In this document: positions 49,493-58,043 of the stretch, piece by piece | Numbering within the stretch: the stretch's first letter is position 1 | Layout: each line of letters begins with the position of its first letter | Translations under genes and position numbers: made by a program | Notes under the pieces: generated by a model | What the model was told of the DNA's origin: nothing | What the model saw: the letters and a program-made list of their open reading frames with translations, nothing else | Database searches by the model: none | Assembly (NCBI GenBank): GCA_964356545.1 | Contig: CAYHHX010000001.1 | Location: 1,918-65,917 of the forward strand | Length of the DNA: 64,000 bases | Direction: 5' to 3' | Origin: an uncultured Candidatus Saccharibacteria bacterium | Lineage (GTDB): Bacteria; Patescibacteriota; Minisyncoccia; Minisyncoccales; Staskawiczbacteraceae

Positions 49493-49500
49493 TCCCACGT
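49480..49500 (+). repeat. REP-like 21-mer, forward copy (diverged)
   Basis: AAATGGTGTCTGATCCCACGT. Confidence 0.65.
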
Positions 49501-49641
49501 AGTATGTGAACCAGAGCTGGTGATTGACAACACTTTTTGGTTAATATAGTATGAAACTGAAGGATTAAGAAGCTTTGCGTTTTGCATATTTTTCCATGAT
49601 CCTTGTTGTTCTTTGAAAAAATAAAGGGAGGTTGGTAAAAC

Positions 49642-50670
49642 ATGAAGTACAATAACCATCTGAATCCGATGAGTGTGAGAGAGTTTTATTCCGATTCTGC
49701 TATGCCACTTTTTTACCAGGAGTGGGCTAATAACTCTGGTAAAGAACCTTTGAGTTCCAAAAAAGTCAGAATTGCTATTACCGAAAAGTGTAACTTCGCG
49801 TGTCCATTTTGTTATAACGAAGGAATGTCTAATATTTCAAAGATATTGAGCGTAGGAGATATTAGGTTAATTGCCGAGGCAATATCTCCTTACGTTTCAG
49901 GATTAAAGATTGTTGGTGGTGAGCCTTTGTTACATCCTCAGTTTGGCGAGGTTGTTGAGCTCTGTTCTAAAACTTGTTCAACAACTGTCACTACTAATGG
50001 GTTTTTCCTTGACCGATGGACTAAGTATTTGGAGAGACTTACTGGAATAACGGTAAGTATCCAATCGCTCAACCCAGAAATCTATCGGTCCTTAATGGGT
50101 ACTCGCTTTGGACCAGAAGTAGTATTAAGGCAGATATCCCTATTTACAGAAAAAACAGAGATACCAGTTTCTGTAAATTGCGTTTTGACAAATGAAAATT
50201 CTCCCTCGATTTTAAATTTCATCGAGGAAATAGTATCTTGTGGCGCCAATGCTGTAAATTTGTTGGGACTCCTTTGTATTACAGACAAGGACAAAGAGGG
50301 GTATTATCCCCTTACATCCATTGTTGCTATTCTGACCGACAAGTATGGTCAGCCCGAAGTTGTTTCAAGTACGAGATTGAGATTTAGAATAAAAGAAAGC
50401 GTCCACACAGATGTTGTATACCAATTCTGTATGGTGGGCTGTGGTGTTTGTCGAACCGACGGATTTATTCGATTCGATCCAACGCCTGCTATTTCTTACT
50501 GCCTAGCGTCAGGTCCCATATCGATAAAGGAGGAAATTGATTCGAAAGATCCCTTAAAAATTCGTCAGTTGTTTTTAAGGGCTGTAAACCAGATGGGTCA
50601 ACCAACTGGTTATAAATACCAGGTTGTCTCCAGGAGACCAGACTCCAAGGGGATATACTCCTTATTGTAA
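49642..50670 (+). CDS. Radical SAM enzyme (MoaA-like, with a C-terminal Cys cluster)
   Basis: CNFACPFC, GGEPLL, TTNG; C-terminal FCMVGCGVC...YCL; GGAGG RBS. Confidence 0.88.
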   Translation: MKYNNHLNPMSVREFYSDSAMPLFYQEWANNSGKEPLSSKKVRIAITEKCNFACPFCYNEGMSNISKILSVGDIRLIAEAISPYVSGLKIVGGEPLLHPQFGEVVELCSKTCSTTVTTNGFFLDRWTKYLERLTGITVSIQSLNPEIYRSLMGTRFGPEVVLRQISLFTEKTEIPVSVNCVLTNENSPSILNFIEEIVSCGANAVNLLGLLCITDKDKEGYYPLTSIVAILTDKYGQPEVVSSTRLRFRIKESVHTDVVYQFCMVGCGVCRTDGFIRFDPTPAISYCLASGPISIKEEIDSKDPLKIRQLFLRAVNQMGQPTGYKYQVVSRRPDSKGIYSLL

Positions 50671-50748
50671 AGTACACGAGGGGTGCATACATCTGCATCC
50701 CTTTTTCTTTATTATTTTTCTAGATAGTTATAAAATATATATCTTTAT

Positions 50749-50820
50749 GTAGGGGTGGTAGAGGGATTACTAATTTGGGTGCAACCAAATTATTTAAAGG
50801 TTCAACTCCTTTCCCCTACT
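50749..50820 (+). tRNA. Non-canonical tRNA-Cys(GCA)-like gene
   Basis: Acceptor GTAGGGG/CCCCTAC plus U73; T-arm AAAGG-TTCAACT-CCTTT; anticodon arm AATTTGG-GTGCAA-CCAAATT; short D-arm GTAG/TTAC. Confidence 0.7.
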
Positions 50821-50839
50821 CTGCCATTTTTTAATAAAA

Positions 50840-52219
50840 ATGAGAAAAATAACTAATAAATCTGAATTCAAAAAAGAATATCAAAAACAGTGTCTTTTCT
50901 TTGGTAAAAATTTAAAAGTTAAAGGTTTTATTAATACTAATATAATAAAAGTAATTGGTAGTAATTTAGAAATATATAAACAGATATTGTCTCAAGAAAA
51001 AAAGCCCATAAAACTAAAGTATATTTATGATAGAATAGAGAATTATAATAATTACTTAAAATTTTTAAGGAACGTATCAGAAAAAAATATCACAAAACCA
51101 CCTCTTGCTCTTTATTCATCCACTGCAAACCTAATTAATAATGGAAATTATGATCTTAGAATTAATTATGTATTAAATATATTTAATACAAATCACCACT
51201 TCTTATTTATTTTTTTAGAAGAGCCTATTTTTCATTCCGATAAAGATTTTAAAATAACAATCGTAAAAGAAAAATTAACAATAGATTTTAAAAGACATAA
51301 ATTTTTAGAAATAAAAAACAATATTTCTTATTGGGACAGAAAAATAAAAAGAGATATTGGGTCGTATATAGAAAATTTATCATTTAAAAATAAAGAATGG
51401 CTCAAAGAAAGATATTTTACGATTTTTGACTTTATTTTTAAATTAATTTTAGATTCTAATTCATATGAAGAACTATCAAAAAAAGTAGCAATTGACTGTT
51501 TGTTAATAGAAGGTTTCCAAGGAGTAATATTAAATCAATTAGATTTGATTGATCTACTAAAAAATAGAGTAGACTTCAGAGAATTATTTAATAATAAAGA
51601 CATTGAAATAGATATAATAAAATGCTGTGTTTGCGATAAACAGCACATAGGTCCATTTAAAAGAAATCTATCCGAAGGAATTTCGTGTGGCGATTTAAAC
51701 TGGTCTATTATATCTAATTCAAAAATAAGATTTAAAAAAGCTCTATTACCCTTTGTAGTATTATTTTACTTGAATATTATACCCGTATTATCTGATCATA
51801 ATTATTCAGAAAAAATCAAGAAATTTGAATCGACGAATAAATTAGATAAAGAAAATATTTGGTTTGCCTTACGCAAAATAAAATTCATATCTCTTTTCAA
51901 AGAATCAATGACATATATTAATATTTTAGCCGAGGGAGTAAATAAAGATATATATAAGCATATTAAAAATTGGAATAATCAAAAAGCAATTATTATTGGC
52001 AATCAAAGCTTTTATAAATTGAAAAACAAACAAGCTGATTTTATTTCCTTAAATAAATCGAATTTTTCTAAAAATATATTGAATATTATAAAAAAGAGAG
52101 AAGAGTTAAGGGTACTCAAAAAGTGGCATGAGGCTGATGCACTGAAAATAAAGCTTATATACTTAGGGATTGATTTTATTGAATCTGGAGGTAAGACTTT
52201 AGTTAGGGAAATTGGCTAA
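50840..52219 (+). CDS. Unknown protein with a C-terminal CysRS-type anticodon-binding helical domain
   Basis: IIKKREELRVLKKWHEADALKIKLIYLGIDFIES aligns by eye with LLVQRQQFRREKNWKESDRVRQEIVAKGYDVED of the neighbouring CysRS; internal CCVC...SC. Confidence 0.6.
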   Translation: MRKITNKSEFKKEYQKQCLFFGKNLKVKGFINTNIIKVIGSNLEIYKQILSQEKKPIKLKYIYDRIENYNNYLKFLRNVSEKNITKPPLALYSSTANLINNGNYDLRINYVLNIFNTNHHFLFIFLEEPIFHSDKDFKITIVKEKLTIDFKRHKFLEIKNNISYWDRKIKRDIGSYIENLSFKNKEWLKERYFTIFDFIFKLILDSNSYEELSKKVAIDCLLIEGFQGVILNQLDLIDLLKNRVDFRELFNNKDIEIDIIKCCVCDKQHIGPFKRNLSEGISCGDLNWSIISNSKIRFKKALLPFVVLFYLNIIPVLSDHNYSEKIKKFESTNKLDKENIWFALRKIKFISLFKESMTYINILAEGVNKDIYKHIKNWNNQKAIIIGNQSFYKLKNKQADFISLNKSNFSKNILNIIKKREELRVLKKWHEADALKIKLIYLGIDFIESGGKTLVREIG

Positions 52220-52246
52220 TTTTTTAATATCTAAAAAGAATACATT

Positions 52247-52921
52247 ATGAATAATCCGCTCAAAGCTATCGTATTATTCTTTGAAGGAGAAATTTCAAGA
52301 ATAGAGAAAATAAAAAAAATCAAAAAGAGAAGCAATAAATTTGTGGTTCTCTGTGGTCCAAGTGGAAGTGGCAAAAATATGATAATAAAACATCTTATTG
52401 ATCATTACGATTTCAGGGGACTTCCTTCTTTAACCACAAGATCGTTACGAAAGGGTGATGGTGAGCTTGAGATATTGTCTATGGGCAGGGATGAATTTAT
52501 GGAAAGGGAGCTCGATGGTAAAATATTTTTACCTGTACATAATTATGGTAACTTATATGGGTATGATATAAATACAGTATTAAATAGCATTATTCAGAAA
52601 AGTAGTATTGTTATTGAATCTCCTACAGCCAACTTAACGACAGATGTGGCGTATTTCTTACCTGAAGCCATGGTAATAGGAATAATACCATCAACTACTA
52701 ATGAGTTAGAACATCAATTGAATCTTCGGGGACTAAATGAAAAAAGAGACAAAAGGATACGATTATTAAATACAGAAATTGAAAAAGAACATATTATGGG
52801 TGCTTCAGAATTAATGGAAATTAATCAAGTAGTTCCTATTCCCGGGGTACCACAAGATACGCTTTCTCAAATTGACAGACTAATGGAAGAAAAAGGATTT
52901 AAAAAGAAAATAGCAGAATAA
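52247..52921 (+). CDS. Guanylate-kinase-like protein
   Basis: VLCGPSGSGK, TTRSLRKGD, YGNLYG. Confidence 0.78.
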   Translation: MNNPLKAIVLFFEGEISRIEKIKKIKKRSNKFVVLCGPSGSGKNMIIKHLIDHYDFRGLPSLTTRSLRKGDGELEILSMGRDEFMERELDGKIFLPVHNYGNLYGYDINTVLNSIIQKSSIVIESPTANLTTDVAYFLPEAMVIGIIPSTTNELEHQLNLRGLNEKRDKRIRLLNTEIEKEHIMGASELMEINQVVPIPGVPQDTLSQIDRLMEEKGFKKKIAE

Positions 52922-53067
52922 ATATTTATTCTATAAAAAGTGATGTAAGTTGACTAATTATTTCAATAGTGATAAATTAAACACAATTCAATTGCACCTT
53001 AAAAACTTAATAAAGTACGGGCGATTGATTGCAAGCATGGTCTATGAAACAACGAAAGGAAAATCTC

Positions 53068-54453
53068 ATGTCTCAGTCAGTCTACCTCTTTGATACCTAT
53101 CAAAGAGAGAAAAGGTTGTTCATTCCACTTGAACAAGGCAATATCAAGATATACACTTGTGGACCCACGGTGTATGACTACCCGCACATCGGCAATCTCC
53201 GTGCATACATTTTTGCGGATGTTCTTCGCAGGATGTTTGAATACAACGGATACAAAGTGCGACACGTGATCAATATCACTGATGTTGGTCATCTTACCTC
53301 TGATTCTGACTACGGCGAGGACAAAATGGAGTTAAGTGCCCAGAGACAAAAGCGTTCTGCATTAGAGATCGCCGATTTGTATACGGGAATCTTTAAACAG
53401 AATCTTTTTGACCTCAACATCAAAGATCCTACTGTCTGGTGCAAGGCGACCGATCACATCAGTGAGCAGATTGTCTTGATCCAACGGTTGGAGAAGGCTG
53501 GGTATACATATTTGACTTCCGACGGTGTCTACTTTGACACCTCTAAGCTGTCAAACTACGGTTATCTTGCTCGTTTGGATGTTGAAGGAATCGAGCCAGG
53601 TGCTCGGGTTGAGTTGGGAGAAAAAAGGAATCCGACCGACTTCGCACTTTGGAAACTCTCTCCGAAAGAGAAGACAAGGCAGATGGAATGGCCGAGTCCA
53701 TGGGGGGCTGGATTTCCTGGCTGGCACATTGAGTGCAGTGCTATGGCGATGAAGTACTTGGGAGAGATGATAGATGTTCACACTGGTGGCATTGATCATA
53801 TTCCAGTACATCATACTAATGAAATAGCGCAGTCGGAGTCCGTAACCGGTCAGAAGTTCGTCAACTACTGGCTACATGTGGCGTTTCTGACTGTCGAAAG
53901 TCAGAAAATGTCAAAGAGCGCAGGGACATTTATTACCTTGCAAGAGGTTATCGATCGTCACTACGACCCTTTGGCGTTTCGCTACATGGCACTGACTTCT
54001 CACTACCGCGCTGGTCTAAATTTCACATGGGATGGATTAAAGGGTGCTCAAAAGGCACTCGCCTCCTTACGTGAAAAGGTGTCTCAGTACCAGCGCAAAG
54101 AGGTGGCACCTGACGAAGAATCTCTGACGGAGTTTAGGAGTCGCATTAACAATGATCTGAACACTCCCCAAGCTTTGGCGTTTCTATTTGAGGTTGTCAG
54201 GTCAAATTTGCTTGACACTGTCAAGCGGGCAACCATGCTTGAGTTTGACAAGGTGCTGGGGCTCAAGTTGGATCAAGTTTCGGCGGAAAGCGATGTACCG
54301 CAAGATGTGGTGGAGCTCTTGGTCCAACGCCAACAGTTCCGCAGGGAGAAAAATTGGAAGGAATCCGACCGCGTTCGTCAGGAGATCGTCGCTAAAGGAT
54401 ACGATGTCGAAGATACGCCTGAAAGGTCACGAGTTGTCAAAAAAGGGTTGTAA
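53068..54453 (+). CDS. cysS: Cysteine--tRNA ligase
   Basis: CGPTVY, HIGN, DFALWK, GFPGWHIECSAM, HHTNE, KMSKS; AAGGA upstream of ATG 53068. Confidence 0.95.
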   Translation: MSQSVYLFDTYQREKRLFIPLEQGNIKIYTCGPTVYDYPHIGNLRAYIFADVLRRMFEYNGYKVRHVINITDVGHLTSDSDYGEDKMELSAQRQKRSALEIADLYTGIFKQNLFDLNIKDPTVWCKATDHISEQIVLIQRLEKAGYTYLTSDGVYFDTSKLSNYGYLARLDVEGIEPGARVELGEKRNPTDFALWKLSPKEKTRQMEWPSPWGAGFPGWHIECSAMAMKYLGEMIDVHTGGIDHIPVHHTNEIAQSESVTGQKFVNYWLHVAFLTVESQKMSKSAGTFITLQEVIDRHYDPLAFRYMALTSHYRAGLNFTWDGLKGAQKALASLREKVSQYQRKEVAPDEESLTEFRSRINNDLNTPQALAFLFEVVRSNLLDTVKRATMLEFDKVLGLKLDQVSAESDVPQDVVELLVQRQQFRREKNWKESDRVRQEIVAKGYDVEDTPERSRVVKKGL

Positions 54454-54534
54454 AGATCACAATCTTAAATTCAAGAGGTTGTAGTACAAAAACTACAACC
54501 TCTTTTTTCTTATTACAAGGAAATGGGGAAATGG

Positions 54535-54555
54535 AAATGGGGACAGCCATTATTT
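54535..54555 (-). repeat. REP-like 21-mer, reverse copy
   Basis: AAATGGGGACAGCCATTATTT preceded by GGAAATGGGGAAATGG stutter. Confidence 0.9.
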
Positions 54556-54593
54556 GACAATAAAATAGAAACAGAAATAAAATCTATTTTGAA

Positions 54594-54860
54594 ATTAAGT
54601 GGCTTACCGTCGCTTTTTTTTAAAAACTGTTGATTGTTTTATTGACAGGTGGTATTATTAGCACGATGAAGACAATAGAAAGAGGTAAGCAGATTTATAC
54701 GCATAAAAATTCAAAGGTTGGAATTTCAATGTTCCGCGCTTTTTCTAGTGTTCCTGATAAATATCAGGAAAAGAGTCTTTCTCTTTCAAAAAGTATTTCT
54801 GAAAATTTTACTTAAAAATACACCAATTAGCAGGTGTATTTTTTGATTAAGTTAATGATT
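54594..54860 (+). repeat. Promoter/leader-ORF/terminator module, copy 4 (49-aa ORF 54666-54815)
   Basis: Identity with copy 3 ends at ATGATT, where a different gene follows. Confidence 0.92.
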
Positions 54861-55475
54861 GATTTTACAGATTCAAAATCGGTAATTGGGCTCATCGCAG
54901 GCATTATTGCTTTTACGGCTTATATTATCTATATAATTTCAATATTAAAAGGCAGAACCAAGCCAAATAGGTCAACTTGGTGGATTTGGTCGTTTATGGG
55001 ATTGGTGGTTGGACTAAGTTATTATTTATCAGGCGCCGTTAATACTATTTGGGTTCCAGTAGTTGAGTTTATAGGGCCATTATCTATTGCACTATTGTCT
55101 GTAAAATATGGAGAAGGGAAGTTGAGCGATAAAACAGACTTAATTTGTCTCGTTGGCGCGGTTTTGAGTGTAATTTTATGGATAATATTTAATAATCCTG
55201 TTATTGCTTTAGTAACCAATTTAGCGGCCGATTCATTTGCTATTGTTCCTACTATTAAAAAATCATATTTACGACCAGAAGGAGAAGATTTTTGGGCATG
55301 GCTTGGCACAGGCACCGCCGACAGTTTGAATTTCTTTGCTGTTGAAAGATTTTCCTTTGCGATTCTTATTTATCCGATTTATATGCTCGTTTCAGACCTT
55401 ATTATAGTTATAGTATTATTAATGAAGAAAAAAGATATTATGAAAGATACTAGTTTTCTTAGAAAAAAAATATGA
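54855..55475 (+). CDS. Conserved membrane protein (PQ-loop-like)
   Basis: ILKGRTKPNRSTWWIW, PTIKKSY..P..E. Confidence 0.7.
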   Translation: MIDFTDSKSVIGLIAGIIAFTAYIIYIISILKGRTKPNRSTWWIWSFMGLVVGLSYYLSGAVNTIWVPVVEFIGPLSIALLSVKYGEGKLSDKTDLICLVGAVLSVILWIIFNNPVIALVTNLAADSFAIVPTIKKSYLRPEGEDFWAWLGTGTADSLNFFAVERFSFAILIYPIYMLVSDLIIVIVLLMKKKDIMKDTSFLRKKI

Positions 55476-55954
55476 AAAAAGATTTATACGTTGCAAAAAG
55501 TAAAACTCACGGTAAAGGAATTTTTACCAAGAGAGATATAAAAAAAGGAGAAAATATTTGTATCATCAGGGGCCCAGAGATGTTTAAAATCAACAAAAAC
55601 ATGAAAGATGTTTTATCTCATCCAAATTGGGTAGGTTTTAAAATAAATAATTGGGTAGACCCAGTTCCACCATATAAATATCTAAATCATTCATGTGACG
55701 CTAATGCTGCAATTAAAGGTCGTAAAACTCTTATAGCTATTCGTGATATCAAAGAAGGGGATGAAGTTACTATAGATTATTCAACGATTGAGGCTGATTC
55801 TCGTTGGTATATGAAATGTGAATGTGGGAGTAAAAATTGCAGAGGTATAATAAAATCAATCCAAGAACTTCCGGAAAAAGTTTATAAAAATTACTATCCA
55901 TATATTTCTAAAGATTTTCAGCGTGCATATGAGAGAAGTAATAAAAAAAACTAA
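55472..55954 (+). CDS. SET domain protein
   Basis: HGKGIF, YLNHSCDAN, IRDIKEGDEVTIDY, post-SET CECGSKNCR. Confidence 0.92.
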   Translation: MKKDLYVAKSKTHGKGIFTKRDIKKGENICIIRGPEMFKINKNMKDVLSHPNWVGFKINNWVDPVPPYKYLNHSCDANAAIKGRKTLIAIRDIKEGDEVTIDYSTIEADSRWYMKCECGSKNCRGIIKSIQELPEKVYKNYYPYISKDFQRAYERSNKKN

Positions 55955-55956
55955 AA

Positions 55957-56106
55957 ATGGATAAAAAATCAAAAGTTTTAATATTTATTTTTTTAACAAT
56001 AGTTATAGTGTCTATTTTTATTGCTTTTTATCGATATATAATATTAGAGGACATTACTTTTTATACTGATGAAGAATTATTCGAGCAATCATTATTAGAA
56101 GAATAA
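55957..56106 (+). CDS. Small single-TM protein (49 aa, below the ORF-track cutoff)
   Basis: MDKKSKVLIFIFLTIVIVSIFIAFYRYII...EE* fills the gap between the SET and kinase genes. Confidence 0.6.
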   Translation: MDKKSKVLIFIFLTIVIVSIFIAFYRYIILEDITFYTDEELFEQSLLEE

Positions 56107-56110
56107 TATT

Positions 56111-57853
56111 ATGAGCACAGAAGTTTTAAAATTTATAGAAATGTGCCAGTGGGATCCAGCTCGTTTTTTAATTGTATCTGATAATGTATTTGGCCATCTT
56201 GTTTATTATTCTCATTTGTTGCCACTTATTTTATCACTTTTTCTTGTAGGTTTTATTTTTTTAAAGAACAAGAAAAATATTGTGGCGAGATGGCTCATCT
56301 TAACGGTAGCTTTACTTAGTATTTGGCTTTTTTCTGATTTAATACTATGGGCTACTGAAAATCCTACATTTACCATGTTTTTCTGGTCAATTATAAATAT
56401 GATTGAACCAATGATTTATGTTGGAATGCTATTTTTTACCTATACTCTCATTGGTAGGAAAGACATTTCATTGAAAGGAAAAATAATAATTTTTATTCTA
56501 CTATTGCCAACAGTTATTTTAACTCCAACTAGTTTAAATCTTACTCATTATGATCTTTCAAATTGTGACAGAGAAGCGATCGAGGGTCCCCTTGCATTTT
56601 ATGGATACACCATTGAAATTATTTTTTCGCTATGGATTTTGGGATTTGGATTAAAAAGATTTATTGAAGCAAAAATTATTGAAGAAAAGAAAAAAATTGC
56701 TTTATCTATTTTTGGTATCGTATTTTTTTTATTATCTTTTGCTATGGGAAATGTAATAGGAAGTCTTCTTGTAGATTGGACTATTGGGCAATATGGTCTT
56801 TTTGGTATTCCGGTATTCATAGCTCTTCTTGCATATTTAATTATCAGATATAAAACTTTTAATATAAAACTTGTAAGCGCGCAGGTGCTGGTGGCGACGC
56901 TTTGGATTGCCCTTTTTGCGGTACTTTTTGTGAGAACAATTGAAAATGTAAGAGTTATTGTTTCCTTGACTTTAATTCTTTTCCTTATTGTTGGAATTTT
57001 GCTAGTTCGTAGTGTTTTGAGAGAAGTTAAACAAAAAGAGGAAATAGCAAAAATGGCTGAGGATGTTAGGGAAGCCTATGTAGTTGAAAAACAAGCCAAG
57101 GAAGAGCTGGCAAAATTAGATAAAGTTAAAAACCAATTTGTGCAACAAACCCAGCACGACTTGCGTACTCCTTTAACCTCAATTATGGGATATGCAGATT
57201 TGTTGGTAAACGGAACTTTTGGCAAGCAAACTAAAAAAACGGTAGAAGTAATTAAAAAAATGCAAGTGGTGTCGCAAAATATGATAAAAAAGGTTAACGA
57301 CTTTTTGGATATAACGCAGTTTCAGCTGGGGAAGAATCCAGTGCTGTTAAAGCCTGATGTTGAGCTAAAACCAATTTTAAAGGAAATAATAGATGAGTTG
57401 AGTTTTGTGGCAAGTCAAAAAGGAGTGTATTTAAAGATAGAACCTTTTGAATTTAGCCAGGCCTTCGGCTCTAAGTCTCAGGCTCGAAGAGGCAAGAAAC
57501 AAAAAGATTTTATGATTAAAGCAGACAGAGAAAAACTGAAAACAGCGTTGTTTAATATTGTTGATAATTCAATAAAATATACTATCAAAGGGGGAGTCAC
57601 TATTAAAGTTCAAGACGGCAATACGGTAAAAATTATTATCATTGATACCGGAATTGGTATGTCGCCAGAAAGCCTGAAAACATTATTTAACAGGATGTTT
57701 GAAAGAGACGAAAAAGCCAAAGAAGTTGCCGAAGGCAAGGGCATAGGACTATATTTATCTACTCAAATTATCAAAGCCCATAACGGTAAAATCTGGGCAG
57801 AGTCGGAAGGCGAAGGAAAAGGTTCAGTATTCTACATTGAATTACCATTGTAA
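56111..57853 (+). CDS. Membrane sensor histidine kinase (multi-TM N-terminus)
   Basis: H-box HDLRTPL, N-box NIVDNSIKY, DTGIG, GKGIGL, GKGSVF. Confidence 0.93.
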   Translation: MSTEVLKFIEMCQWDPARFLIVSDNVFGHLVYYSHLLPLILSLFLVGFIFLKNKKNIVARWLILTVALLSIWLFSDLILWATENPTFTMFFWSIINMIEPMIYVGMLFFTYTLIGRKDISLKGKIIIFILLLPTVILTPTSLNLTHYDLSNCDREAIEGPLAFYGYTIEIIFSLWILGFGLKRFIEAKIIEEKKKIALSIFGIVFFLLSFAMGNVIGSLLVDWTIGQYGLFGIPVFIALLAYLIIRYKTFNIKLVSAQVLVATLWIALFAVLFVRTIENVRVIVSLTLILFLIVGILLVRSVLREVKQKEEIAKMAEDVREAYVVEKQAKEELAKLDKVKNQFVQQTQHDLRTPLTSIMGYADLLVNGTFGKQTKKTVEVIKKMQVVSQNMIKKVNDFLDITQFQLGKNPVLLKPDVELKPILKEIIDELSFVASQKGVYLKIEPFEFSQAFGSKSQARRGKKQKDFMIKADREKLKTALFNIVDNSIKYTIKGGVTIKVQDGNTVKIIIIDTGIGMSPESLKTLFNRMFERDEKAKEVAEGKGIGLYLSTQIIKAHNGKIWAESEGEGKGSVFYIELPL

Positions 57854-58040
57854 AGAACTGCCCTTTAAATTCTGCCTAAATTTTCACAAAGGGGGTCGGG
57901 GAAATTGGGTATTTCCCCGTGTAGGAAATTATTCAAAACCGAGGGTTGTGAAAGAGCGAGGAACGAGCGATAAATTTGTGGCGGAGTCGGAAGGCGAAGG
58001 CAAGGGCTCCACTTTTTATGTTGAGTTGCCGGTTGGTTAG
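57854..58040 (+). pseudogene. Duplicate histidine-kinase 3' tail (57981-58040) preceded by a structured insertion
   Basis: AESEGEGKGSTFYVELPVG* repeats the tail of the preceding gene; CGGGGAAAT...ATTTCCCCG hairpin in between. Confidence 0.65.
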
Positions 58041-58043
58041 GAT

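Noticed and set aside
50749-50820. tRNA-Sec or suppressor tRNA
   Set aside because: No TCA/CTA anticodon, no long variable arm, and a 7-bp acceptor stem.
57837-58040. 67-aa ORF as a real gene
   Set aside because: Only the last 19 codons are kinase-like; the rest is inserted structured DNA.
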